The position numbers were made by a program, and so were the translations under genes. This document shows, one piece after another, positions 37,784 through 46,270 of a DNA stretch of 64,000 nt. A model generated the notes under the pieces. It saw nothing but the letters and a program-made list of their open reading frames with translations. It made no database searches and had not been told where the DNA came from. This DNA is from Bacteroidales bacterium (GTDB taxonomy: Bacteria; Bacteroidota; Bacteroidia; Bacteroidales; UBA7960), in assembly GCA_003559735.1 (NCBI GenBank), contig PWKN01000001.1:2327-66326 (forward strand). Direction: 5' to 3'. The stretch's first letter is position 1. The number at the start of each line of letters is the position of its first letter.

Positions 37784-40204
37784 ATGTCATGTGAAAAAAA
37801 TCAGCTTATGAGTGAAAACAACTGGCATATAGAATATGAAGAGTGGGATGCTTCCCGGCATCCACTGCAGGAGGCATTGTGTGCACTTGGTAACGGATAT
37901 TTTGTTACCAGGGGGTCGCTTGAAATGGAAAAAGACAACGAGTACAATTATCCAGGGACATACCTGGCAGGTGGGTACAACAGGATGCAATCCAGGATCC
38001 AGGGAAAGACCATTGAGAATGAAGACCTGGTCAACTGGCCCAACTGGTTGATGCTTACCTTCAGGATTAATGGCAATAAATGGTTCAGATTGAAAGATGT
38101 GCATGTCCTCGGGTTCATTACCTCCCTGAACATGAAGGAGGGCATCATGCTGCGCAAAATGCGTTTCAGGGATGAGGAGGGTCATATTACCACCATTATC
38201 AGCAGACGCCTGGTTAGTATGGACGATTATCATGCAGCCGGACTGGAGTGGACCTTTATTCCGGAAAACTGGTCGGGTAAGCTCACCATCCGGTCGGGGA
38301 TAGACGGGAACATCATCAATAACAATGTGGAAAGGTACAGCGATCTGAACCAGGATCATATTGAAGTAACTGGCAAGGGTGACTGGAATGCCAACACCGT
38401 TTTTTTGTCGGCACGTACCAAACAGTCAGACATCAGAATGACGCAGGCTGTGCAGACAAATTTCTTTATCCACCAGGAAAACCTCCATCTGGAACAACGG
38501 ATGGTGCAGCTGAAAAACGCTGTTGCGGGCGACTATGTTTTGGAATGCAAGAAGCTGGAACCTGTCAGGATAGAAAAACTGGCCCTCCTTTATACTTCGA
38601 AAGATGTGGCGATCAGTGATCCGGTGACCGAAGCAAAGAACCGGATCACCCGGTTAACAAGCTTTGCCCGTCTTGTCCGTGACCAAAAGATGGCCTGGCA
38701 GCGTATCTGGAATTATAACGATATGGTGATCGATTCATCCGATGAGGATCAGCAGGTGGTCCGCCTGCATATCTTTCATCTTTACCAGACAGTGTCGCAC
38801 AACAGCATCGATTATGATGTTGGCATACCCGCGCGTGGGTGGCATGGAGAGAGTTACCGCGGACATATATTCTGGGATGAGTTGTATATTCAGCCATTTA
38901 TCGACCTGCACAAGCCCCAGTTGTCCCGTTCATTGCTTCTCTACAGACACCGGCGTCTCCCTGAGGCATATGAAGCAGCCAGGGAAGCAGGGTTCAAAGG
39001 AGCGCTGTTTCCCTGGCAAAGTGGCAGCAACGGCAGGGAAGAAACACAGAAGATTCACCTGAATCCTGAATCCGGACGGTGGCTTCCGGATGTCACACAT
39101 CTGCAATACCATATCAACCTTGCCATTGCCTATAATGTATGGCACTATTATCAAAGTACGGGAGATGCCGACTTTCTCAATGCATACGGGGCTGAGATCA
39201 TTTTTGGGGTGGCTTTGTTCTGGTCAGACATTGCCAGTCATAACCCCAAACGCGACCGGTATGAAATTCACGGCATTATGGGTCCGGATGAATACCATAC
39301 ACACTATCCGGGAATTGAGAAACCCGGACTCAATAACAATGCATATACAAATGTGATGGCTGCCTGGGTTATTGGCCGGGCACTCAAGTTGCTCGATCTG
39401 CTTGATGATACTTCCTGCAAAGAACTGTCAGACAAGACAGGGATCACAGAAGAAGATGTCAAACGCTGGGAGGAGATCAGCCGCAAAATGTATATACCCT
39501 TTCATGAAAAAGAGATCATTTCGCAGTTTGAAGGGTATGGCGACCTTAAGGAGCTTGACTGGGACCATTACAGGGAAAAATACGGTGATGCGATCAGGCT
39601 GGACCGTATCCTTGAAAGTGAAAACGATTCACCAAATCACTATAAAGCAAGTAAGCAGGCTGATGTGCTGATGCTGTTCTACCTGTTTTCGACTGAAGAA
39701 CTGGAAGCGTTGTTTAACAGACTGGGATACGACTTTTCACCTGGTATGATCCCCAAAAATATCGAATACTACTACCAGCGTACATCACACGGGTCAACAT
39801 TGAGCCAGGTGATCCATGCCTGGGTGTATGCGAGGAGCCACCGGCGAAAATCGTGGAAAAGCTTTAAAACGGCGTTAATGAGCGACTTTAAGGACATTCA
39901 GGGCGGGACCACGCATGAGGGTATCCATCTGGGTGCAATGGCCGGTTCGCTCGATCTGTTGCAACGCTGTTATTCCGGATTGGAGATCAGGGATGATGTT
40001 CTCTGGCTGAACCCCTGCCTCCCCGACGACATACGTTCGCTATCATTTCACGTGCGTTACCGCAGCCATTGGATCAAGCTGGATATCGGCCACAAGAAGA
40101 TCAGCGTGGCGTTTTGCAAGGGATGGGCGAACCCGGTATATATTGCCGTAAAGGGACGGAAATACTATTTTGAGACCGACGACCAGAAACAGTTTTCACT
40201 GTGA
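37784..40204 (+). CDS. Glycoside hydrolase family 65 disaccharide phosphorylase (trehalose, trehalose-6-P or kojibiose type)
   Basis: About 800 aa GH65 layout and an IHGIMGPDEYH catalytic-acid segment. An alternative start at 37808 is possible. Confidence 0.9.
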   Translation: MSCEKNQLMSENNWHIEYEEWDASRHPLQEALCALGNGYFVTRGSLEMEKDNEYNYPGTYLAGGYNRMQSRIQGKTIENEDLVNWPNWLMLTFRINGNKWFRLKDVHVLGFITSLNMKEGIMLRKMRFRDEEGHITTIISRRLVSMDDYHAAGLEWTFIPENWSGKLTIRSGIDGNIINNNVERYSDLNQDHIEVTGKGDWNANTVFLSARTKQSDIRMTQAVQTNFFIHQENLHLEQRMVQLKNAVAGDYVLECKKLEPVRIEKLALLYTSKDVAISDPVTEAKNRITRLTSFARLVRDQKMAWQRIWNYNDMVIDSSDEDQQVVRLHIFHLYQTVSHNSIDYDVGIPARGWHGESYRGHIFWDELYIQPFIDLHKPQLSRSLLLYRHRRLPEAYEAAREAGFKGALFPWQSGSNGREETQKIHLNPESGRWLPDVTHLQYHINLAIAYNVWHYYQSTGDADFLNAYGAEIIFGVALFWSDIASHNPKRDRYEIHGIMGPDEYHTHYPGIEKPGLNNNAYTNVMAAWVIGRALKLLDLLDDTSCKELSDKTGITEEDVKRWEEISRKMYIPFHEKEIISQFEGYGDLKELDWDHYREKYGDAIRLDRILESENDSPNHYKASKQADVLMLFYLFSTEELEALFNRLGYDFSPGMIPKNIEYYYQRTSHGSTLSQVIHAWVYARSHRRKSWKSFKTALMSDFKDIQGGTTHEGIHLGAMAGSLDLLQRCYSGLEIRDDVLWLNPCLPDDIRSLSFHVRYRSHWIKLDIGHKKISVAFCKGWANPVYIAVKGRKYYFETDDQKQFSL

Positions 40205-40246
40205 ACGGATGGTTTCACTGAATTGTTAAGAAAAAAACATACCGTT

Positions 40247-42439
40247 ATGAGGCTAATCATTGTGTCTAACCGTTTGCCAGTTGCTGTCAGCAACTCGAAT
40301 GGCAAATTCAGCATGGAAAAAAGTGCCGGCGGACTCGTTTCCGGGTTGAGCGATTTTCTAAAGTCATTGAAAAACAATGCCAAAGGGGTTAGAGAATACC
40401 TGTGGCTGGGGTGGCCGGGCGATAAAATAGATAAGGAAGATGAGGAGTATGTTCGTCAGAAAGTGCAAAAAGATTTTAGTGCATCACCCATATTCCTGTC
40501 AAAAAAACTTATGGATAAAGTCTATCTGGGTTTTTGCAACCGCACACTCTGGCCTCTTTTCCATTATTTTCCGAATTATGCCCATTTTGATCTTGATTAC
40601 TGGTTCGAGTATAAGCGGATGAACAAGATCTTCTGCGATGAACTGCTCAAGGAGATCAGGGATGGCGATATCATCTGGATACACGACTACCACCTGATGC
40701 TGCTGCCGGCTATGCTCAGGGAACATGTATCCAATCCCATTGGCTTCTTTTTACACATTCCTTTCCCGTCATATGAGATGTATCGGATGCTTCACAAGGA
40801 GAGCCGGACAGAAATACTTGAGGGACTCATAGGCGCTGACCTGATCGGCTTCCATACCCACGACTATACCCAGCATTTTTTGCGTTGCGTATTGCGTATA
40901 CTGGGGAAGGAAAACCATATGGGCAAAATATCGATGCCCGACCATACCGTACAGGTGGATACTTTTCCGATGGGTATTGATTTTGATAAATTTTACCTGA
41001 TGGATGTGTCACCCTTTCCTTCAAACAAGCCCGGGAGGGGTGAACCCAGGATGGTACTTTCTGTCGACAGGCTCGATTATTCAAAAGGCATCATCAACCG
41101 TTTGCTTGGTTTTGAATTGTTTCTGAAACGTCACCCTGAATGGCACGGAAAAGTGTGTATGAACATGATCGTGGTCCCCTCGCGGACAGGCGTAGGGGCC
41201 TACAGGAAGATCAAAAGCAGCCTTGATGAGCTGGTGGGTAAAATCAATGGTTCCTATGGAAGCATATCGTGGACCCCCGTTATCTATCAATATACCTCGC
41301 TGCCCCACAAAGAGCTGATCGCTACCTACCGCAGAAGCGATGTCGCCTTGCTGACGCCCCTCAGGGATGGAATGAACCTGGTGGCCAAGGAATATATTGC
41401 CTCACTGGAAGACCATAGAGGGATGTTGATATTGAGTGAGTTTACAGGGGCGGCCAAAGAGTTGAGCGAGTCACTGGTGATCAATCCCAACAACATAGAT
41501 GAAATTGCAGAAGCCATAGAAGAAGCCCTGAATGTGCCAATGAAACAACAGATCAGGGGGAACAAGATCATGCAGAAACGCCTCAGACGCTACAATGTTA
41601 CGAAATGGGCCAATGATTTCGTGAACAAGCTGGTGGAAACCAGCCATATATCAAGGGACTCGGTGAGCAGGAAACTACTGAATCAGTCGTTGCTTCAACG
41701 GTTGACCGGTAATTTCAGAAAAGCAAAAAGCAGGATCATTATTGTGAATTACGACGGAACATTGGTGCCCTATACAAAATACCCGGCTTCAGCAGAACCA
41801 CCGGAAGCGTTGCTTAGACTGTTGAAAAACCTTGATGCACAAATCGAGACCGATATAGTGATCATAAGCAGCAGGGGGAAAGATGAGCTGGATGAGTGGC
41901 TTGGCGGACTCCCATTGAATCTGACGGCAGAACATGGCTCGTGGATACGCGAAGCAAACAACAATGAGTGGGCGTTGCTGAAACCCCTTTCATCTGAATG
42001 GAAAGAAGAGGTATTACCCATACTGGAAATGTATACTGACCGGCTTCCTGGCTCGTATATACAAGAACGGGATTATTCAGTCGCATGGCATTATCATAAG
42101 TCAGACATAGAACAGGCATCCCAATTGGTAAAAGAGGTGAATGACCATCTGTTGTCGATAACCACAAACATCAGTGCCCATGTGATCCACGGAAGTAAAG
42201 TGATAGAAGTCAGCAATTCAGGCATTAACAAAGGAGAACTTGCCATGCACTGGCTGTCACGAAAAGAGTATGATTTTATCCTTGCCATCGGCTCCGGCTG
42301 GTCTGATGAGTTGTTGTTCCAGACCATGCCCCCACATGCCTGGTCAATAAAAGTAGGGCTGGCACAAACGGCTGCCAATTATGTCGTTAAGGGACAAACC
42401 GATGCCATTGCCATTTTGGACAAACTCAGAGATCACTGA
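40247..42439 (+). CDS. otsA: Alpha,alpha-trehalose-phosphate synthase (GT20) fused to a degenerate trehalose-phosphatase-like domain
   Basis: MRLIIVSNRLP start, GFFLHIPFPS, VDRLDYSKGI, MNLVAKEY (OtsA). C-terminal domain is HAD-like but reads VNYDGTL and GSGWSDE where DxDGT and GDDxTDE are expected. The ORF track start at 40223 is a TTG. Confidence 0.9.
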   Translation: MRLIIVSNRLPVAVSNSNGKFSMEKSAGGLVSGLSDFLKSLKNNAKGVREYLWLGWPGDKIDKEDEEYVRQKVQKDFSASPIFLSKKLMDKVYLGFCNRTLWPLFHYFPNYAHFDLDYWFEYKRMNKIFCDELLKEIRDGDIIWIHDYHLMLLPAMLREHVSNPIGFFLHIPFPSYEMYRMLHKESRTEILEGLIGADLIGFHTHDYTQHFLRCVLRILGKENHMGKISMPDHTVQVDTFPMGIDFDKFYLMDVSPFPSNKPGRGEPRMVLSVDRLDYSKGIINRLLGFELFLKRHPEWHGKVCMNMIVVPSRTGVGAYRKIKSSLDELVGKINGSYGSISWTPVIYQYTSLPHKELIATYRRSDVALLTPLRDGMNLVAKEYIASLEDHRGMLILSEFTGAAKELSESLVINPNNIDEIAEAIEEALNVPMKQQIRGNKIMQKRLRRYNVTKWANDFVNKLVETSHISRDSVSRKLLNQSLLQRLTGNFRKAKSRIIIVNYDGTLVPYTKYPASAEPPEALLRLLKNLDAQIETDIVIISSRGKDELDEWLGGLPLNLTAEHGSWIREANNNEWALLKPLSSEWKEEVLPILEMYTDRLPGSYIQERDYSVAWHYHKSDIEQASQLVKEVNDHLLSITTNISAHVIHGSKVIEVSNSGINKGELAMHWLSRKEYDFILAIGSGWSDELLFQTMPPHAWSIKVGLAQTAANYVVKGQTDAIAILDKLRDH

Positions 42440-43370
42440 CGGTTGATGGCGGGTCCCCTGTCTGTTTATTGACCGCTACCCTGGTCTTTGGCAAACAATG
42501 TGGATATTCCCGCTGGATAAACTCCACGAGTTTTTCCCTTATATATACCCTGAGTTCCCAGGCATCGGGAGAGTTTGCCGCACTCATGAGTGCCCTGATC
42601 TCCAATGTGTGTTCCCGGGCATCGGTAACCTGCAATACATTCACTTTCTTATCCCAGTATTTGCATGATTCCAGCAACCTTGTAAGCTCGGTTCGCAGGG
42701 CATTAAGCGGAATGGTATAATCAGTATAGATGAATACCGTACCCAGTATGTCGGCAGAGGTGCGTGTCCAGTTCTGAAAGGGCCTCTCCATAAAATAGGT
42801 GGTGGGGACAACCAGACGGCGTTTGTCCCAGATCCTCACAACAACATAGGTAAGGTTGATCTCATCGATCCACCCCCATTCATTTTCCACGATCACCACA
42901 TCGTCCAGCCGGATCGGCTGGGTGATCGCAATCTGCAGTCCGGCGAGGATCGTGGCCAGCGCTTTCTGCGCAGACAGTCCGATGACCAATCCGGCGATCC
43001 CTGCCGAAGCAAACAAACTGATGCCTATGCTGCGGACTGCCTCGAATTGCATCAGGGTAATGCCAATGGCGATGACAATAATGATGAATACCAGGATCTT
43101 TTCTATAATGTTGTATTGGGTGTGCAACTTACGCACCTGAAGGTTGTCAGATACGCTCATGTCGTATCGCCTGAGTAAGCTGACCTTGGCAGCACGGATC
43201 AGGGCAATTATCGTCCAGGTTACGGCTGCAGCAAATAAAATATGCCCGGATACATGGATGGTCCGGTATACCTCGGCCGGAAAATCATTCAGGTACTGAG
43301 CAATGATGTTTGCTGATAACCCAAGTATGAATAACAATGCAGGCAGCAAAAAACGTTTCATTGTTCGCAT
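42426..43370 (-). CDS. Mechanosensitive ion channel (MscS family)
   Basis: Three to four TM helices followed by an MscS beta-domain-like segment (ITQPIRLDDVVIVENEWGWIDEINLTYVV). Its 3' end overlaps otsA by 14 nt. Confidence 0.85.
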   Translation of the reverse strand: MRTMKRFLLPALLFILGLSANIIAQYLNDFPAEVYRTIHVSGHILFAAAVTWTIIALIRAAKVSLLRRYDMSVSDNLQVRKLHTQYNIIEKILVFIIIVIAIGITLMQFEAVRSIGISLFASAGIAGLVIGLSAQKALATILAGLQIAITQPIRLDDVVIVENEWGWIDEINLTYVVVRIWDKRRLVVPTTYFMERPFQNWTRTSADILGTVFIYTDYTIPLNALRTELTRLLESCKYWDKKVNVLQVTDAREHTLEIRALMSAANSPDAWELRVYIREKLVEFIQREYPHCLPKTRVAVNKQTGDPPSTVSDL

Positions 43371-43416
43371 ATCGTATTCTTTTCAATGGTAATAAGATAT
43401 TTTTTTTGCGCAGATT

Positions 43417-43424
43417 CAAAGGTA
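43417..43424 (-). promoter_or_regulatory. TAnnTTTG (-7 type) promoter motif for the MscS gene
   Basis: The reverse strand reads TACCTTTG, 47 nt upstream of ATG 43370. Confidence 0.35.
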
Positions 43425-43670
43425 TGGATTATATCGCGCATATGCAAAGTTTGTCTTTTTGCCCAGCACCCCAGTTAGTTTCCATACCTTGTTGTCTCCC
43501 TCACTCGTCTGGTTCACGGCTGGTTTGTTCAATGTGCACTTTTTGTTTTCAGGGGGTGTGTCCGGACAGTAAAGGCTGCCCTGACTGCTTTCAATTATTC
43601 TTGTTATGGTCGGTCGGACTATAATGTTTATATATGATATAAAAAAATTATTTGGTTTATAAAATAAAAT

Positions 43671-43678
43671 TATATTTG
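43671..43678 (+). promoter_or_regulatory. TAnnTTTG (-7 type) promoter motif for the 203-aa orphan
   Basis: TATATTTG in a very AT-rich 90-bp stretch, 30 nt upstream of ATG 43708. Confidence 0.45.
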
Positions 43679-43707
43679 CACGTACAACAAAAATAATTCA
43701 ATATATA

Positions 43708-44319
43708 ATGATATTCAGAAGATTTATACAAAAACACATTCCGGGATTACGGGTGTTGCCTATCAGTACCGAACAATTTGTTCCGGGGGTGATCCTCGAC
43801 CGTGAAAAATTGCGTTTGATGGGTCATTGCAGGGAAATACTGCATGATGAACCGGAATCAGCCTGGACCTACACCCTGTCGAAAGCCAGTATGATCTATG
43901 GTACAGTACAGGCTGACAGGAAGCTGGGAGGCGGGGTAAAAGTTCTGGGTATAATTTCCTTACGGAGCGGCTATCTCGACGATATCCGTGTACATATAGA
44001 TATCAGCGAGGTACGTGGAGCTGCGCTTGATATGTACCAGATGGAGCTGCAACCAAAACTGAATGCATTGCGAAAGACTGATCGCCGGGGACGATGGCGG
44101 CTGATTAACGACCACCTGGTGGTTATGGAAACTTACTATGCAAGCAAGTTCAAGGCAACTTTCTACAGGAAGAATCAGCTACTTGCCAGGGCCGATCTGG
44201 ATGCCATTGCAACACTGGACCTGGAGGGACACATTGAATACCAGTGGGAAACCGACCACTCACTGGTGGTTGCCAACAATGAGCATGTCCCTTTTGGTGT
44301 ACGTGGATTTGTCGTTTGA
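43708..44319 (+). CDS. Hypothetical 203-aa protein; possible gasdermin-like beta-rich fold (unverified)
   Basis: Clean ATG ORF with its own promoter motif, no TM helix and no signal peptide. See findings for the sequence resemblance. Confidence 0.65.
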   Translation: MIFRRFIQKHIPGLRVLPISTEQFVPGVILDREKLRLMGHCREILHDEPESAWTYTLSKASMIYGTVQADRKLGGGVKVLGIISLRSGYLDDIRVHIDISEVRGAALDMYQMELQPKLNALRKTDRRGRWRLINDHLVVMETYYASKFKATFYRKNQLLARADLDAIATLDLEGHIEYQWETDHSLVVANNEHVPFGVRGFVV

Positions 44320-44377
44320 CAACCGTGTTTTTCCATTATTTTGAATGAATGCCCATGGCCGGTTGAACAAATTCCTG

Positions 44378-44385
44378 TACTTTTG
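44378..44385 (+). promoter_or_regulatory. TAnnTTTG (-7 type) promoter motif for the DUF3127-like gene
   Basis: TACTTTTG 38 nt upstream of ATG 44423. Confidence 0.4.
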
Positions 44386-44422
44386 TCCGTTGATGTTCTG
44401 ATGGTATAAACAAAATCCGGAT

Positions 44423-44809
44423 ATGATGGAAATAAGTGGAACCATTCTTTCAGTTTTGCCAGAGCAAAGTGGTGAAGGCCGCAACGGTCCGTGGCGCAAA
44501 CAAGATTTTATCATTGAAACAGGTGGACAATTTCCCAGGAAGGTATGTGTCAGTGTATGGGGCGACAAAATTGACCAGTTCGGCGTGAAGGAAGGCGAGC
44601 ATATAACAGCGTCTGTTAACATTGAAAGCCGCGAGTTCAATGGCAGGTGGTATACCGATGTGAAGGCCTGGAAGATCGGCAGACAGCAAAGCGCTGAGGA
44701 AGTTCAGGCCGGGTCTTCTGCCAGTGGCACGCCACCACCTGTGGAGGCTCCTCCCCCTTCAGAAGAACCTTTGCCTCCGCTCAGTGAAGAAGATGATCTT
44801 CCCTTTTAA
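44423..44809 (+). CDS. DUF3127-like OB-fold protein with SSB-type acidic C-terminal tip
   Basis: MEISGTILSVLPEQSGEGRNGPWRKQDFIIET...ESREFNGRWYTDVKAWKI (DUF3127 pattern from memory), then a Pro-rich linker ending in EEDDLPF. Confidence 0.75.
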   Translation: MMEISGTILSVLPEQSGEGRNGPWRKQDFIIETGGQFPRKVCVSVWGDKIDQFGVKEGEHITASVNIESREFNGRWYTDVKAWKIGRQQSAEEVQAGSSASGTPPPVEAPPPSEEPLPPLSEEDDLPF

Positions 44810-44845
44810 CCATACCTGCTTGTTTTGATCTAACCTGCAACTTTT

Positions 44846-46270
44846 ATGGATCCAGACTCATTTCGTCATTATGGACACCAGTTTGTTGACTGGCTGGCCG
44901 ACTATTTCGAACATATCGGGCAACTCCCGGTAAAGTCTGCCGTAAAACCAGGCGATATCCTATCCAAACTGCCTGTTGAACCGCCTGTTTCAGGGGAATC
45001 AATGGATGACATATTTGTAGACTTTCAGCAGGTCATACTTCCCGGGATGACCCATTGGCAGCATCCGGGTTGGTTTGCCTATTTTCCCGCAAACAACAGT
45101 CCGCCATCGGTACTTGCCGAAATGCTGACCGCCGGACTGGGTAGTCAGTGTATGAGCTGGCAAACATCTCCCGCTGCAACGGAACTGGAAGAACGTGTCA
45201 CCGGTTGGCTCCGGCAAATGATCGGACTGCCTGACCATTTTAAGGGGGTCATACAGGATACGGCATCAACTGCGACACTGTGTGCCTTGCTGTCGGCGAG
45301 GGAACATGCAACCGGATTTGATGCAAATATGCGTGGGATAAAGGATCCGCTGACTGTGTATGCCTCTTCCGAGACACACTCAAGCATCGAGAAAGGGATG
45401 AAGATCGCCGGATTTGGGAGGGATAACCTTCGTCTTGTTGATACAAGGGATGATTTTTCCATGTGTCCGAAAGCACTCGAAAAAGCGATGGCACGCGACA
45501 TTGAAAATGGGATCAAACCCTCATGTGTCGTTGCAACACTGGGAACAACTTCGTCAATGGCCATGGATCCCGTTGATGAGATCGGACCGTTGTGCAAAAA
45601 ATACAAAACCTGGTTGCACGTAGATGCGGCATTTGCCGGTACTGCTGCGTCAGATCCGGATCACCGGTGGTTTATGAGCGGGACAGAACAGTGCGACTCC
45701 TTTGTGTTTAACCCGCATAAATGGATGCTGACCAATTTTGACTGCTCGGTCTATTTTGTAAAAAATGCCGGTATCCTGTTGCGTACCCTGGGCATTCAAC
45801 CTGAATACCTTAAGACAGGGGCCGATCAGCAGGTAAATAACTACCGGGACTGGGGGATACAGCTTGGACGGAGGTTTCGTGCCCTGAAGCTTTGGTTCGT
45901 GATCAGGTATTATGGTGTGGACGGAATTCGCAAAATGGTGAATAAACACATTGATCTGGCTGCATTGTTTGCAGAGTGGATAAAAGCCGATCCCCGGTTT
46001 GAATTGATGGCGCCTCAGCAACTCACGCTGGTGTGTTTCCGGTTAAATCCCGGAAACCTCCCGGAGAAGGAACTGCAGCGGGTCAATGAGGCTCTTCTTG
46101 ATGAAGTGAATAGTTCGGGGGAAGTATTTCTGACACATACCATGCTCAGGGGCAAATACTGTTTGCGGATGTCTGTCGGACAGCGTACCACAGACAGGGT
46201 TCACGTGCAGAAGGCCTGGGACCTTATCAGGAAGCCGGCAGAAAAACATCGAACCCCATACCCCGGGTGA
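44846..46270 (+). CDS. Group II PLP-dependent aromatic-L-amino-acid/tyrosine decarboxylase
   Basis: HWQHPGWFAYFP, DTASTATL, and FVFNPHKW (PLP-lysine motif). 474 aa. Confidence 0.9.
   Translation: MDPDSFRHYGHQFVDWLADYFEHIGQLPVKSAVKPGDILSKLPVEPPVSGESMDDIFVDFQQVILPGMTHWQHPGWFAYFPANNSPPSVLAEMLTAGLGSQCMSWQTSPAATELEERVTGWLRQMIGLPDHFKGVIQDTASTATLCALLSAREHATGFDANMRGIKDPLTVYASSETHSSIEKGMKIAGFGRDNLRLVDTRDDFSMCPKALEKAMARDIENGIKPSCVVATLGTTSSMAMDPVDEIGPLCKKYKTWLHVDAAFAGTAASDPDHRWFMSGTEQCDSFVFNPHKWMLTNFDCSVYFVKNAGILLRTLGIQPEYLKTGADQQVNNYRDWGIQLGRRFRALKLWFVIRYYGVDGIRKMVNKHIDLAALFAEWIKADPRFELMAPQQLTLVCFRLNPGNLPEKELQRVNEALLDEVNSSGEVFLTHTMLRGKYCLRMSVGQRTTDRVHVQKAWDLIRKPAEKHRTPYPG

Noticed and set aside
43337-43624. 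95-aa plus-strand ORF in the MscS/orphan-gene spacer
   Set aside because: It starts inside the MscS coding region, has a Cys/Phe/Leu-rich low-complexity translation, and has no promoter motif. It is more likely non-coding spacer.
46227-46270. 44-nt convergent overlap of the decarboxylase and cvpA 3' ends (and the 14-nt otsA/MscS overlap at 42426-42439)
   Set aside because: The overlaps are real, because both ends are fixed by stop codons. Such overlaps are common in compact genomes, and I see no structure suggesting a specific antisense mechanism.
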